From an uncultured Pseudomonadales bacterium (GTDB lineage: Bacteria; Patescibacteriota; Microgenomatia; UBA1400; PJMF01), in NCBI GenBank assembly GCA_964620965.1, contig CAZUHV010000001.1, forward strand, positions 445,171 through 509,170: a DNA stretch of 64,000 nucleotides. Reading direction: 5' to 3'. The position numbers and the translations under genes were made by a program. The first letter of the stretch is position 1. Every line of letters starts with the position of its first letter. Positions 19,566 to 29,673 of the stretch are shown here, in pieces. The notes beneath the pieces are model-generated. The model saw only the letters and a list, made by a program, of their open reading frames with translations. It did no database searches and was not told the DNA's origin.

Positions 19566-19567
19566 AT

Positions 19568-19906
19568 TTATTTCTGATTTAAGTAATCAACAACATCTTG
19601 AACTAGCTGATAAGCAATTGCCACTTGCTCTGGAGTTGTGTCAACAGAATGTTTAAAATCTTCTGCAGTTTGCATAGTCCTAAACGCCTTAATTCTTTCT
19701 TTTAAATTAGTGTCATTAATTATATTCATATAAACCAACATCTCCATATAGGTTAGAGCTGTAGAGAATTTACCTTTTCTAAACCAAGTATCTTCAGCTT
19801 TTCCTTCTGCAACCATTACACTGTTAACTTTTTCGTTAGGTTTAATTGTTGATATTTTTAACAGGTCTTCTAGGCCGTTTAATATTCCACTTGTATCAAA
19901 CGCCAT
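19568..19906 (-). CDS. Hypothetical protein embedded in suf operon
   Basis: 112 aa ORF between the NUDIX gene and sufB. No recognisable motif. Confidence 0.4.
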   Translation of the reverse strand: MAFDTSGILNGLEDLLKISTIKPNEKVNSVMVAEGKAEDTWFRKGKFSTALTYMEMLVYMNIINDTNLKERIKAFRTMQTAEDFKHSVDTTPEQVAIAYQLVQDVVDYLNQK

Positions 19907-19938
19907 TTCCTCAGTTCCAAATATAATCGTATTAACCT

Positions 19939-20436
19939 TTATATAGCTCCTCTTATAATATCTTTAATAAATTCACCTCTTTTACCACCAAAGTCAAAAT
20001 TTGATAGTTCTTCAAAACCAACCCATGCTAAATCTACGTGTTCTTTACTCAACTGAACCTGATTTCTATCAAAATCACCTGGAAGTTCTACTTTCCAACC
20101 AACAATAATTGAATACACATCTTTTTGAGCTTCATAAAAAGTTCTAAACAAACTCATGTTTTCAAATCTAAAATGTTGAGGAAAAACTGTGAGACCAGTT
20201 TCTTCTTTTATCTCTCGGGCAATATCATCCTGGTGCATATTTTCTAGATTTTCTAAGCTTTGTTCTGGCCACTCCGAATTTCCACCAGGTAAGTCCCAGT
20301 TTAATGGTCTGGTATTTGAGTTTCCATCTCTTTGTAAAATAAGAATTTTGCCATTATGAATTAAAACAGCTTTTTGCAACAACTTAACATTCTCAGTCAA
20401 TTGGTGTGATCTTCTCATTTGCTTTTCTTCTGACAT
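19939..20436 (-). CDS. NUDIX-family hydrolase (Nudix box with insertion)
   Basis: 165 aa. GGNSEWPE...AREIKEETGL resembles GX5EX7REUXEEXGU interrupted by an insert. Confidence 0.6.
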   Translation of the reverse strand: MSEEKQMRRSHQLTENVKLLQKAVLIHNGKILILQRDGNSNTRPLNWDLPGGNSEWPEQSLENLENMHQDDIAREIKEETGLTVFPQHFRFENMSLFRTFYEAQKDVYSIIVGWKVELPGDFDRNQVQLSKEHVDLAWVGFEELSNFDFGGKRGEFIKDIIRGAI

Positions 20437-20476
20437 AATTTTCTTTACTTTTTCTTTGTAACAAACTTTGGCTCAA

Positions 20477-21238
20477 TTATTTTTCTACTAAATCTTTATA
20501 TCCACTAGCTTCCAACTGATCAACAAGTTCTGCTCCACCGCTTTTCACAATTTTGCCTGTAACCATAACATGCACAAAATCTGGTTTTAGGTACTCTAAA
20601 ATTCTCTTGTAATGTGTAATTACCAAAACACCGGTATTATATTTTTCAATAATTTTTTGCACTCCAGCAGAAACTTTTTTAATAGCATCAATGTCTAATC
20701 CTGAGTCAGTTTCATCTAAAATTGCAAATTCTGGTTCTAAAACAGCCATTTGTAAAATTTCAAGTTGTTTTTTTTCTCCACCAGAGAATCCCTCATTCAA
20801 TCCACGATTTAAAAATTCTGAATTAATATCAAGTTCTTCTGCCAAAGCCTGTAAGTGTTTGCGGAAGTCTAGTGCTTTTTTGAATAATTTTTCTGGTTTA
20901 TTTGCAAAACGTGCTTCATACGCGAGTTTTAAAAAGTTCTGGACTCTGACACCTGGAATTTCAACAGGATACTGAAATGCTAAAAATAACCCTTTTTGAG
21001 ATCTTTCATCTGGAGAAAGTTCTAAAAGCTCTTCACCATTTATAGTTGCTGAACCACCAGTAACTTCATAATCTGGATGTCCAGCTAAAGTTGCGGCAGT
21101 TGTAGATTTTCCAGATCCATTTGGACCCATCACTGCATGGATTTCACCTGGTTTTACTGCTAAAGAAATTCCTTTTAAAATTTGTTTTTCTTCTATAGAA
21201 ACTTGCAAATCAGAAATTTTGAGTTCTTTTTGAGACAT
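20477..21238 (-). CDS. sufC: Fe-S cluster assembly ATPase SufC
   Basis: 253 aa with Walker A GPNGSGKST, the SGGEKK signature and the ILDETDSGLD Walker B/D-loop. Confidence 0.9.
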   Translation of the reverse strand: MSQKELKISDLQVSIEEKQILKGISLAVKPGEIHAVMGPNGSGKSTTAATLAGHPDYEVTGGSATINGEELLELSPDERSQKGLFLAFQYPVEIPGVRVQNFLKLAYEARFANKPEKLFKKALDFRKHLQALAEELDINSEFLNRGLNEGFSGGEKKQLEILQMAVLEPEFAILDETDSGLDIDAIKKVSAGVQKIIEKYNTGVLVITHYKRILEYLKPDFVHVMVTGKIVKSGGAELVDQLEASGYKDLVEK

Positions 21239-21302
21239 ACTTACCCTATATTTTACCTGTAATAGAGGGTTTATTCTAACACAAAACTCAAGCTATTTAA
21301 GC

Positions 21303-21923
21303 TTAATTCTCCACCTCCGTCAGGGTAAACCCAAGTTTTACTTCTTTTTTCACATTGTCTGTAGTTTCCAGCTCATCAATTTCTTCTGGACCAAACCAAG
21401 CAATACCATCTGTTTCTTCTTCATTCTGATAAAACTCAACTCCAACAACTGGTTGCAACATATAGAAAAAACCTACATGCTGTTCACATCCTCGTTTCCA
21501 AACTTTTGTTGGATATCGTTTATCTGGGTTGTCAGATTTCAAACGTAACTTGTAACTTTCTTTATTAACCCAATGTACATTTGTTGTCATTGGATTTGGC
21601 ATAAACCCAACTTCACTTATATCCATTTTTTTTGACGTTGCAACAACTGAAAAATTTTCCACTGAATTTCTTTTTATTCCAGGTAAACAAAATACATCAA
21701 CTGCTTTTACTTTTACTCCAGTTTCTTCAAAAAATTCTCGTTCTGCAGCTTCATGTGGTAGTTCACCTTCATCAATATGACCTCCAGGATTAAGCCAGAT
21801 ACCAAGCTTCTTATGTTTCACCAAAAGCACTTTACCTTCATGAATCAACATTCCTCCAGCGGTATAACACAGCTTTGGAGCTTGAACCCCTTTTAAATCA
21901 TTCTGTTCGAAAGTGTCTTTCAT
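21303..21923 (-). CDS. NUDIX hydrolase with N- and C-terminal extensions
   Basis: Canonical Nudix box GGHIDEGELPHEAAEREFFEETGV. The annotated upstream start is TTG and would overlap the SGNH gene, so the start was set at the ATG at 21923. Confidence 0.7.
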   Translation of the reverse strand: MKDTFEQNDLKGVQAPKLCYTAGGMLIHEGKVLLVKHKKLGIWLNPGGHIDEGELPHEAAEREFFEETGVKVKAVDVFCLPGIKRNSVENFSVVATSKKMDISEVGFMPNPMTTNVHWVNKESYKLRLKSDNPDKRYPTKVWKRGCEQHVGFFYMLQPVVGVEFYQNEEETDGIAWFGPEEIDELETTDNVKKEVKLGFTLTEVEN

Positions 21924-21931
21924 AAAAAGTT

Positions 21932-22591
21932 CTATCTCAACTCCGGAAAAATCTTTTCTAACTGTACCCAAATCCTATCATGAATCAGTTTGTATCCTGC
22001 ATCATTTGGGTGTAATCCATCTTCATAGGTGTACTTTTTTAACCACTCTGTTTCATCAATATTTTCTATTCCAATATATGTCAGCTTTTTTTCTTCACAA
22101 AGTCTTTTACACTCTGCTTCAAAAAGCTTTTTTCGTTTATTAGAAAAATATGATTTTTTACCATTAAATGGGTTAATTTTTGGAGAAACTTTTGATTCAT
22201 TATAGTAACCACTACCAACTCCAAACACGTAACTTGTTTTTTCAACAAGTAAATCAAGCAATTGTGACATTTGCTCTGAATATTCCTCTATTGTTGAAGC
22301 GTAGTTACCAGGTTCACCTACAGCTTTTGCATTATTTCCACCAACAGAAACAAGTGCCACCGTTGTTCCACTACTTCTTTTGTAATCAGCAAACTGCTGA
22401 GGAAATGTTTCTAAAACAAACTCAATACTCGCTCCAGATTTTCCAAAATCAAAAACTTCAAAGGTCTCACCCAATCCATTTGGAGCGTACATCTTTTGGT
22501 GAAAGGAACGTTTAAGCATATCTGCCCAACCACCATTTTTGCCGCCAACTCCATACACTGTACTTGCACCTAAAATAAAAATTTGATTCAT
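21932..22591 (-). CDS. SGNH/GDSL-family hydrolase
   Basis: The family blocks are present: GASTVYG (Ser), GGNNA and DGLHPN (catalytic Asp/His). Confidence 0.7.
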   Translation of the reverse strand: MNQIFILGASTVYGVGGKNGGWADMLKRSFHQKMYAPNGLGETFEVFDFGKSGASIEFVLETFPQQFADYKRSSGTTVALVSVGGNNAKAVGEPGNYASTIEEYSEQMSQLLDLLVEKTSYVFGVGSGYYNESKVSPKINPFNGKKSYFSNKRKKLFEAECKRLCEEKKLTYIGIENIDETEWLKKYTYEDGLHPNDAGYKLIHDRIWVQLEKIFPELR

Positions 22592-22617
22592 ATTGATAGT
22601 ATAAGCTATCTTGCAAC

Positions 22618-23202
22618 CTACAACAAACTCATCTGAACCCCAGCATCTTTTTGTGGGGTAAAACTAAAATCAACAGGACACTCAATTAGCCGATTCCATT
22701 TATTTTTAAACTTCACATGTCCCTTTTGCAAACCGTAGTCATAGACATCTCGTGTCACAGCTACGTCTTGAATACAGTATTTTTCGAGCTTATCCCACTG
22801 TTTTGTCTGATAGTACTTAATAGCATCCAAACCATCTCCAGATTTTCCAATACCTAAAGTTTCTTGGGCAACTGCGTCTAGTTTAATTCTATGCCCAGCA
22901 CTATCTTTAATTCTTGTTAAAACGTCTAAGGTTGGAATTTTGGTAATGTCTGCGTTGTAGTATGGAATAAATGTTTGCATATCAAAATTATCAATATTAA
23001 ACCCAATGACAACATCTGCCTTTTCCAAAAGAGGAAATAGATCTGGCAGATCCTTTTCCCAGTAACTTTTCATTTCACCTTTACCACTGGTTCCTTCTCG
23101 AATACAGACCCCAACAAAAGAAATTCCCAACCTGTCTGGAAAAAATCCTCCAACTTCATCAAAAGTTTTTTTCGTCTCAACGTCTAATATCAACTGAAGC
23201 AC
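22618..23202 (-). CDS. Predicted DEDDy-type 3'-5' exonuclease (RNase H-like fold)
   Basis: The N-terminus is LILDVETKK (DxE motif I) and the C-terminus is CIQDVAVTRDVYDY (motif III with Tyr). Confidence 0.45.
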   Translation of the reverse strand: MLQLILDVETKKTFDEVGGFFPDRLGISFVGVCIREGTSGKGEMKSYWEKDLPDLFPLLEKADVVIGFNIDNFDMQTFIPYYNADITKIPTLDVLTRIKDSAGHRIKLDAVAQETLGIGKSGDGLDAIKYYQTKQWDKLEKYCIQDVAVTRDVYDYGLQKGHVKFKNKWNRLIECPVDFSFTPQKDAGVQMSLL

Positions 23203-23344
23203 TTACTGCCCCTTTCTAATCATACCTCTAACGTAGGGATTCATGATAAAACGTCTCAGAAAAAAAATCTACTAAAAAGTCTGTTCGGGTTTTTCTAGAA
23301 CTACAATTTTTAAAAAGTCTCAGCTAAGTTAATTAAAAAACTCA

Positions 23345-23953
23345 CTACTTTGCAGCTTCAAAACGTCTCTCAACCTCTGCCCAATTCACAACATTCCAAA
23401 AGGCAGAAACATAGTCTGGTCGACGATTTTGGTAGTGTAAATAATATGCATGCTCCCAGACATCTAAACCTAAAAGTGGTGTTTGCCCAACAGAAATCGG
23501 ATTATCCTGATTCGCAGTAGAAGTAATAGCTAACTCTCCATTTTCATCAAGTACTAACCATGCCCAACCTGAACCAAAGCGTTTTGCAGCAGCATCAGCG
23601 AACATCGTTTTAAAAGATTCAAGACTTTCAAACTTTGAGTCTATTGCTTCTTTCAAAGCTCCAGTTGGGGCATCTCCTCCGTTTGGAGAAAGGTTTGCCC
23701 AAAAGAGGTTATGGTTATAAAAACCACCCCCATTGTTAATAACAGCTTGTCTAATACTTCCTGGAATCTTGTCTAAATCTGATAAAATTTCCTCCACCGT
23801 CATAGAAAGCAGTTCGTCTTGACCTTCAAGTGCTGTATTTAAATTATTTGTGTACCCTTGATGGTGTTTTGTGTAATGAATTTCCATTGTCTGAGCATCA
23901 ATATGTGGCTCGAGTGCAGTAAATTCATAGGGTAATTCTGGTAATTGAAACAT
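23345..23953 (-). CDS. sodA: Fe/Mn superoxide dismutase
   Basis: 202 aa with [28 protein letters not shown] and the other metal ligands. Confidence 0.9.
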   Translation of the reverse strand: MFQLPELPYEFTALEPHIDAQTMEIHYTKHHQGYTNNLNTALEGQDELLSMTVEEILSDLDKIPGSIRQAVINNGGGFYNHNLFWANLSPNGGDAPTGALKEAIDSKFESLESFKTMFADAAAKRFGSGWAWLVLDENGELAITSTANQDNPISVGQTPLLGLDVWEHAYYLHYQNRRPDYVSAFWNVVNWAEVERRFEAAK

Positions 23954-23997
23954 AGATTCCTTTCAAAAGATATAAAAAACTTTTATTTCTAATATTT

Positions 23998-24297
23998 TTA
24001 CTTTTTTTTACTTTCTCTACTAAATAAGTCCAAAACTTCTTCTATTACATAGCTCATAAAACCATACACAAACATTGCAAACAAAGTTGTGAACTCTATT
24101 ACAAACCTGCCACTCACACTTGGTGTTGGGAATGCAAACAAAAATGGAGCTAAAAGTGGCTGTGTATTTTCATATATAAACTCAACAAAAGGACTTGCTG
24201 AGTTTGCCCCTAAAAACTTTAATACAAAACGAAAAAGCAGTAAGATTTCAACAAAAGAAAAAATCAAGACTGTGAATCGCTTTAATAAATTTCCCAT
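23998..24297 (-). CDS. YggT-like small integral membrane protein
   Basis: 99 aa with two TM helices and a YggT-like layout. Confidence 0.45.
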   Translation of the reverse strand: MGNLLKRFTVLIFSFVEILLLFRFVLKFLGANSASPFVEFIYENTQPLLAPFLFAFPTPSVSGRFVIEFTTLFAMFVYGFMSYVIEEVLDLFSRESKKK

Positions 24298-24400
24298 TTA
24301 TCCCTCCTTTGTTTTCATTTCTCCAGTCACAGTTAAACACATCTGGAAATACAAGTCAAGTTACACCTTGAAATAAAAAATAATATGTTAAAATAAGTTT

Positions 24401-24919
24401 TTGATGAATGTAGCTCAAGAAATTCACAGATTGATTGGCTCCAAAGAAAGTCGTAGACAGCACCGACGAAATAAAGAGTTCACCGAAACTACAAAAAAAC
24501 AAAAATTTAGGGAAGTTGAGGGAAAATGTGAATTATGCTCACAGAAGCTCAAGTTTCACACTGCACAGTTTCACCACATATTACCTCTCTCAGTTGCATT
24601 TCATTTCTATAAAGGAAAATTTAGTGACGAAATCCTAAAAAGTATACATAACTGTCAAGTATTATGTGAGGCTTGCCATAACAACTTACATGATAACGAC
24701 TCATCAGCCTTCTATTCCACAATCGCTCAAAACTTACTAATAATACTAGAAACATGGGAACCTCCTGTTGTAAAAAGAAAAATCTGTAGAAACAAAAAAA
24801 AACAACGAAGAAAAGAATTAAACAAAGCAGAAACAAATAGAAGACAAGAACTTGGACTTGAAAGTATTGATCTTCGAAATGATTCACAACAAGGTACAAA
24901 TGGGCTAAAAACCATCTAA
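24401..24919 (+). CDS. Stand-alone HNH endonuclease with highly basic C-terminal tail
   Basis: 172 aa with CELCSQ...HHILP...N....LCEACHNNLH (HNH with paired Cys zinc ligands). The tail is KRKICRNKKKQRRKELNK. It is the only plus-strand gene between two minus-strand genes. Confidence 0.7.
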   Translation: MMNVAQEIHRLIGSKESRRQHRRNKEFTETTKKQKFREVEGKCELCSQKLKFHTAQFHHILPLSVAFHFYKGKFSDEILKSIHNCQVLCEACHNNLHDNDSSAFYSTIAQNLLIILETWEPPVVKRKICRNKKKQRRKELNKAETNRRQELGLESIDLRNDSQQGTNGLKTI

Positions 24920-24925
24920 AAAAAC

Positions 24926-25783
24926 CTATTCGTGAACAAATTGTTCTGTTGCAATTCTTACAGATTCAACAATTTTGTCTCTCATCTCTGTTTTGATATA
25001 TTCCCCCTGCTCGGGAGATTTTTTCAAATCTGAAAGTAATTTTTTTGCAGTTTCGTCTGCCCAAAATGGATCTCCTACAAGAAAACCTCGCGCTCCACTA
25101 TCTACACACACCCTTAAATTTTGCTTAAAATTTTCATAATCAATTTCACGGGCGTTGTAAACCCATGGCACATCAAGTTCTGCAGTCAAAGTTACTGCAG
25201 AAAGAGCATTGCCTAAATATTCTAAAGCAAAAAGATCCGTACTGTTTGAAAACTCTTTTGCAGCCTGTAACTGAGTTTCAAGTAAGATTTCTTGTGTAAT
25301 ATTTTCTTGTGTCGAATGATATACCATCAGTTCAAGCAACAAATCTATACCTTCATACTTACAGTAGTCATAAATTTCTGCAACAAACTGTTTTTTTCGC
25401 ATAGCTTCAGCTTCTTGCGGGTGATAATACAGTTCAAGTTTTGCTACCGCGTAGTTATTTGCAATATGCTCAATTCCCCAATTATCAGCAAGTTTTGGTA
25501 ACGAAAGTGGGTCAACTGCGTCAGATTTTTTTTCTAACGACAAAACTAAACCAGTCCCATTAAGTTTTTTTGTAATGGTATCAAAATCAAAGTCAGGATC
25601 TACAACAACTCCAGAAACTTCTGGAGAAAGATCTTGCATCATTTTTCTAGTAATATACTGCAAATGTTCTTGATGTTCTAAATGGTCTATATCAAGACCC
25701 ATTGTTTGAGCCAATGTTGCAATCCTAGAGAAGTCTAAAAGTGAGTAGACCCCTTTTGAGTTTTGTATATTAAAAAGCCTCAT
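24926..25783 (-). CDS. LacD-like class I aldolase (tagatose/fructose-bisphosphate aldolase family)
   Basis: The blocks VVVDPDF, LVLSLEK and KLELYYHP...IDLLLELMVY align with LacD blocks (ILLDPEYG, LLLAYEK, KFLLYYD...FFLEVLTY). Confidence 0.55.
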   Translation of the reverse strand: MRLFNIQNSKGVYSLLDFSRIATLAQTMGLDIDHLEHQEHLQYITRKMMQDLSPEVSGVVVDPDFDFDTITKKLNGTGLVLSLEKKSDAVDPLSLPKLADNWGIEHIANNYAVAKLELYYHPQEAEAMRKKQFVAEIYDYCKYEGIDLLLELMVYHSTQENITQEILLETQLQAAKEFSNSTDLFALEYLGNALSAVTLTAELDVPWVYNAREIDYENFKQNLRVCVDSGARGFLVGDPFWADETAKKLLSDLKKSPEQGEYIKTEMRDKIVESVRIATEQFVHE

Positions 25784-25834
25784 ACTAAAAACAGTATGAG
25801 GCTTCTTGTATTCGTTTTCAAGATTAGAAGCGTT

Positions 25835-28147
25835 TTAGTCTTCTCGTCTTCTGACTACTGGGCGTCTGTCACCACGATCTCCACGTCCACCTTTGAAATC
25901 TCTTCTGCCAAAACCACCTCTGTTTCCGCCACGGTTGCCACGATCTCCGCGATCACCCCCGTTGCGTTCACCTCTTTCGGCACGTTTTGCCTCAACTTCA
26001 GCTTGTTGTTCTGCAGTTAACATAGAAAGACCAATTTTACCGTCATCTTTAAGCTCAGCAATTCTTACATGAACCGCATCACCAACTTTGACTATATCAT
26101 TAGCATCTTTAACAAACTCTGTACTCATAGCAGAAACGTGAACAAGTCCTTCTCTTTGAGGCAAATATTCAACAAACGCACCATAGCTTTCAACTCTTGT
26201 AACAGTTCCATCAAATTCTTCACCAACAGAAACTGTTCTCATCATGTTGCTAATAAAGGTGTAAGCTGCATCAATTTTATCTTGATCTTCTGAAGAGATA
26301 TTAACCAATCCAACTCCTTGTTCCTTGTTTTCGTCGACACTAATCTCAGCACCAGTTTGTTCGATAATACTCTTGATCATCTTTCCACCTGGACCAATAA
26401 GTTCGCCAATCCTATCTTGTGGGATTGTCAATTGTTTTACTTTTGGAGCATATTGAGAAATTGAGGTTCTTGGTTCAGAAATTGCTTTCATCATCTCGCC
26501 CATAATGTGCATTCTTCCAGCACGAGCTTGTTCCAAAGCCTCTTCTAAAACAGATCTTGGAATACCTTTCAATTTGATATCCATTTGGATTGCAGTAATA
26601 CCTTCTTCTGTTCCCGCAACTTTAAAGTCCATATCTCCAACATGGTCTTCAAGTCCTTGAATGTCAGATAAAACAACAAAAGTTTCACCATTACTCATTA
26701 ATCCCATTGCAATACCTGCAACTGGACGTTTAATAGGAACACCTGCTGCCATTAAAGAAAGTGTTGAACCACAAACAGATGCTTGTGAAGTTGAACCGTT
26801 AGAACTTAAGATTTCTGAAACAACTTGCACAGTGTATGGGAACTCACTTTGCAAAGGAATCATTGGTCTTAAAGCTCTTTCTGCTAAAGCACCATGTCCA
26901 ATCTCACGTCTTCCTGGACCCACAAACCTGCCAGCTTCTCCAGATGCATATGGAGGCATGTTGTATTGGTGGAAATAGAATCTATCTTCTTCACCATTGA
27001 TACTTTCAATAAGCATTGATTTTGATGGGTCACCTAAAGTTGTGACTGTAACTGACTGGGTTGCACCACGTTTAAACATTGCAGATCCATGAGTTCTTGG
27101 AAAAACATCAACTTCACACCAGATTTGTCTGATTTCATCAGTTTTTCTTCCATCTGGTCTCACTCTATCTTGAATAATCATTTCACGAGCAACTCGTTTG
27201 GTTAAGTTGTACACTGCAGAATAGATCTCACCTTCAGCAGTTTGATCTTCTTCAGCTACACTTTCGTTGAATTCTGCAACAATTTCAGCTTGCATTTCTT
27301 CAAGGCCAGTATGTTCTTCAAGTCTTCCTTTTTTCTCAACTATTGCTTGAATTTGAGCTTTTCTAGAAGCATAAATTTTTTCTTCAAGTTCTTTTACTCT
27401 TTGAGCAACTGCTTTTTCTTCATCGGAAATTAATTCTGCTTTTTCTTTACCAATCTCAGAAACAATCTCATCAATTGTTGCACAAATCTTGCCCATTTCT
27501 TCTTGAGCTTTAACTAATGCCTCAACCATGACATCTTCTGAAACTTCATTTGCACCAGCCTCAACCATAACAACTGTCTTACCTGAACCTGCAACAATCA
27601 AATCTAAGTCTGATTGTGAACGTTCTTCACTAGTTGGGTTTGTCATGAACTCACCAGTTGCTTTACTATAGCCAATTCTTAAACCAGCAATTGGGCCTTC
27701 AAATGGGATTTCGCTAATGCTTAATCCAATTGCACTTCCAAGCAAACCCAACATATCTGGATCGTTTTGACCATCATATGAAAATACAGTGTTAATAACC
27801 TGTACTTCATGTGTAATACCGTCTGGAAACATTGGTCTTAAAGAACGGTCAATAACACGTGCTTTTAAGATAACATCGTCAAGTGGACGGCCATCTCTTT
27901 TAACCCAACGAGAACCTTTAATTGTTCCTGCTGCGTACAGTTTTTCTACAAACTCAACTGAAAGTGGAAAGTATCCTAAGTTTACTTTTCTCCCAAGAGC
28001 AACAGTACTATGAACAACAGTTTCTCCGCAGGTCACTAACACTGCTGCACTTGCTTGTTCTGAAAACTTACCGACTTCTATTGAAACGGTTTTATCGCCT
28101 ACTTGAATCTCTTTCTTGTAGGTCTTTGGATATTGAGGATATGACAT
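25835..28147 (-). CDS. pnp: Polyribonucleotide nucleotidyltransferase (PNPase) with C-terminal Arg/Gly-rich tail
   Basis: Two RNase PH domains plus KH and S1 domains are recognisable. The start was set at the ATG preceded by AAAGGAA. The tail is RGERNGGDRGDRGNRGGNRGGFGRRDFKGGRGDRGDRR. Confidence 0.9.
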   Translation of the reverse strand: MSYPQYPKTYKKEIQVGDKTVSIEVGKFSEQASAAVLVTCGETVVHSTVALGRKVNLGYFPLSVEFVEKLYAAGTIKGSRWVKRDGRPLDDVILKARVIDRSLRPMFPDGITHEVQVINTVFSYDGQNDPDMLGLLGSAIGLSISEIPFEGPIAGLRIGYSKATGEFMTNPTSEERSQSDLDLIVAGSGKTVVMVEAGANEVSEDVMVEALVKAQEEMGKICATIDEIVSEIGKEKAELISDEEKAVAQRVKELEEKIYASRKAQIQAIVEKKGRLEEHTGLEEMQAEIVAEFNESVAEEDQTAEGEIYSAVYNLTKRVAREMIIQDRVRPDGRKTDEIRQIWCEVDVFPRTHGSAMFKRGATQSVTVTTLGDPSKSMLIESINGEEDRFYFHQYNMPPYASGEAGRFVGPGRREIGHGALAERALRPMIPLQSEFPYTVQVVSEILSSNGSTSQASVCGSTLSLMAAGVPIKRPVAGIAMGLMSNGETFVVLSDIQGLEDHVGDMDFKVAGTEEGITAIQMDIKLKGIPRSVLEEALEQARAGRMHIMGEMMKAISEPRTSISQYAPKVKQLTIPQDRIGELIGPGGKMIKSIIEQTGAEISVDENKEQGVGLVNISSEDQDKIDAAYTFISNMMRTVSVGEEFDGTVTRVESYGAFVEYLPQREGLVHVSAMSTEFVKDANDIVKVGDAVHVRIAELKDDGKIGLSMLTAEQQAEVEAKRAERGERNGGDRGDRGNRGGNRGGFGRRDFKGGRGDRGDRRPVVRRRED

Positions 28148-28479
28148 CCTATTCCTTTCTTGTATCTTGATCATGAATATTAATGTATCGCAATATTTTT
28201 GCGCACAAGCAGAAACCGACTTATATTTTGCGGTTTTCTAAAATATTCTGTTTGATCTGAATCATGATCAAATATATTGATACAAAAGTGTCTTTGGTGA
28301 GTATTCCCTGAGAAGGGACAAGCTCTATATAAACCAAAACTGTAGGTTTTTCTTGTCGCCTCTCTTGAATCCTCAAGGACGCTTTTGCATCTTACTTAAT
28401 TTTTACTTAACTGTATTATAACATGAAGATTTCAAAACACTCGACATACTATATATTCTTGTTATAATTTTCCTAAATT

Positions 28480-28890
28480 ATGAAAACTATAAGCCCTGAA
28501 GTAAAAAATGTAGTAGTATTTGAAGACAATCATACCTGGAGAAGTCGCTATCGTGGAGTGTTGGAAGATTTTAGTTGGATCATTGTAGGTGAAGCTGTAG
28601 ATATGCAAACAGCACTAAAACTTATCGAAAAAATGAAAGATTTACAGGTTTCTTTGGCACTCATAGACGGTATTATTGAAGAGCAAGGAGCAAATATCCG
28701 TTTGGCGGAAGTCTATAAAGTACAAGGTCGTGTTATTGCTGAAAAAATTAAAGCTGCATACCCCAACGTTGTTACACTAGGAGTATCTGGAGTTACATAC
28801 CTACAAGAATCCGATCCGAACATTGATTATGCCGTAGGAAAAGAACATGGCCCTATAACTCAAGCAATACAAAATATTAGCAAAAAGTAA
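28480..28890 (+). CDS. Hypothetical protein, possible receiver-like (CheY-fold) domain
   Basis: 136 aa with alternating beta-alpha segments and LALIDG. The similarity is weak. Confidence 0.3.
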   Translation: MKTISPEVKNVVVFEDNHTWRSRYRGVLEDFSWIIVGEAVDMQTALKLIEKMKDLQVSLALIDGIIEEQGANIRLAEVYKVQGRVIAEKIKAAYPNVVTLGVSGVTYLQESDPNIDYAVGKEHGPITQAIQNISKK

Positions 28891-28899
28891 GAACCATAT

Positions 28900-29535
28900 C
28901 TACATTCTCTTTGCCAACTTATTGTATAAGATAACGTACGAAAGAGTTGCAACTGGCATTGTTATCAACAATCCAACAAACAGAGCTAAAATACCTGAGT
29001 ACATCAAAATTGCGGCAGCGGCCATGAAACCAATCATATCCCATTTAACTCCGTGTGTTATTTGCCCGCTTGCTTTAAGAGCTTCTATTGGACCCATTCC
29101 CTTATCAATCACCAAATATGGTGCATACATAAATTTCAATGAGAAATATATGCCTGGAATTATAAACAAAAGGAAACCACCCAAAACAATAAGAATCATT
29201 AAAATCTGTGCAACAAAATAATTTACAATTTTTGGAACAATAGAAGTGAAAGTTTCCATCGTAACCTTCTTACCTCTTGTAATTTGCAAATATGCATTAA
29301 TTACTCCCATAGAAAGGATAAATTGAATTGCCATATAAACAAGAGTCCAAAGCAAGTTCGCTCCAGAATTTTGGTCGACATTTTCCATAAGCACAGAGTA
29401 CAGAATTCCAAATACAAAAGGTAAAAACTGCACTGCGTATACTACAATCCATTCTTTCTTGAAGATCTCCCATGCAGATTTAAATGATTCACCAATGACA
29501 AAACCTTGTGCTTCTTGAGCTGATTTGAGTAACAT
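28900..29535 (-). CDS. Integral membrane protein (4-5 TM), hypothetical
   Basis: 211 aa with multiple hydrophobic helices. Confidence 0.5.
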   Translation of the reverse strand: MLLKSAQEAQGFVIGESFKSAWEIFKKEWIVVYAVQFLPFVFGILYSVLMENVDQNSGANLLWTLVYMAIQFILSMGVINAYLQITRGKKVTMETFTSIVPKIVNYFVAQILMILIVLGGFLLFIIPGIYFSLKFMYAPYLVIDKGMGPIEALKASGQITHGVKWDMIGFMAAAAILMYSGILALFVGLLITMPVATLSYVILYNKLAKRM

Positions 29536-29621
29536 ATTACTTCCACTTTTCCTTATTAAATACTACATATAGTATACACTATTTAAAATATAAAAGACAT
29601 ATCAACCCTTTTTTTTAACAT

Positions 29622-29650
29622 AAAAAAAGAGGCCTATTTCTAGACCTCTT
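29622..29650 (-). terminator. Rho-independent terminator downstream of rpsO
   Basis: An AGAGGCC...GACCTCT hairpin with a flanking A7/T-run. Confidence 0.5.
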
Positions 29651-29673
29651 TCAAAATTCGATTTATAAGTAAC

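Noticed and set aside
21932-21971. 40-nt overlap between the NUDIX gene and the SGNH hydrolase gene
   Set aside because: The upstream start is a TTG. An in-frame ATG at 21923 removes the overlap and is preferred.
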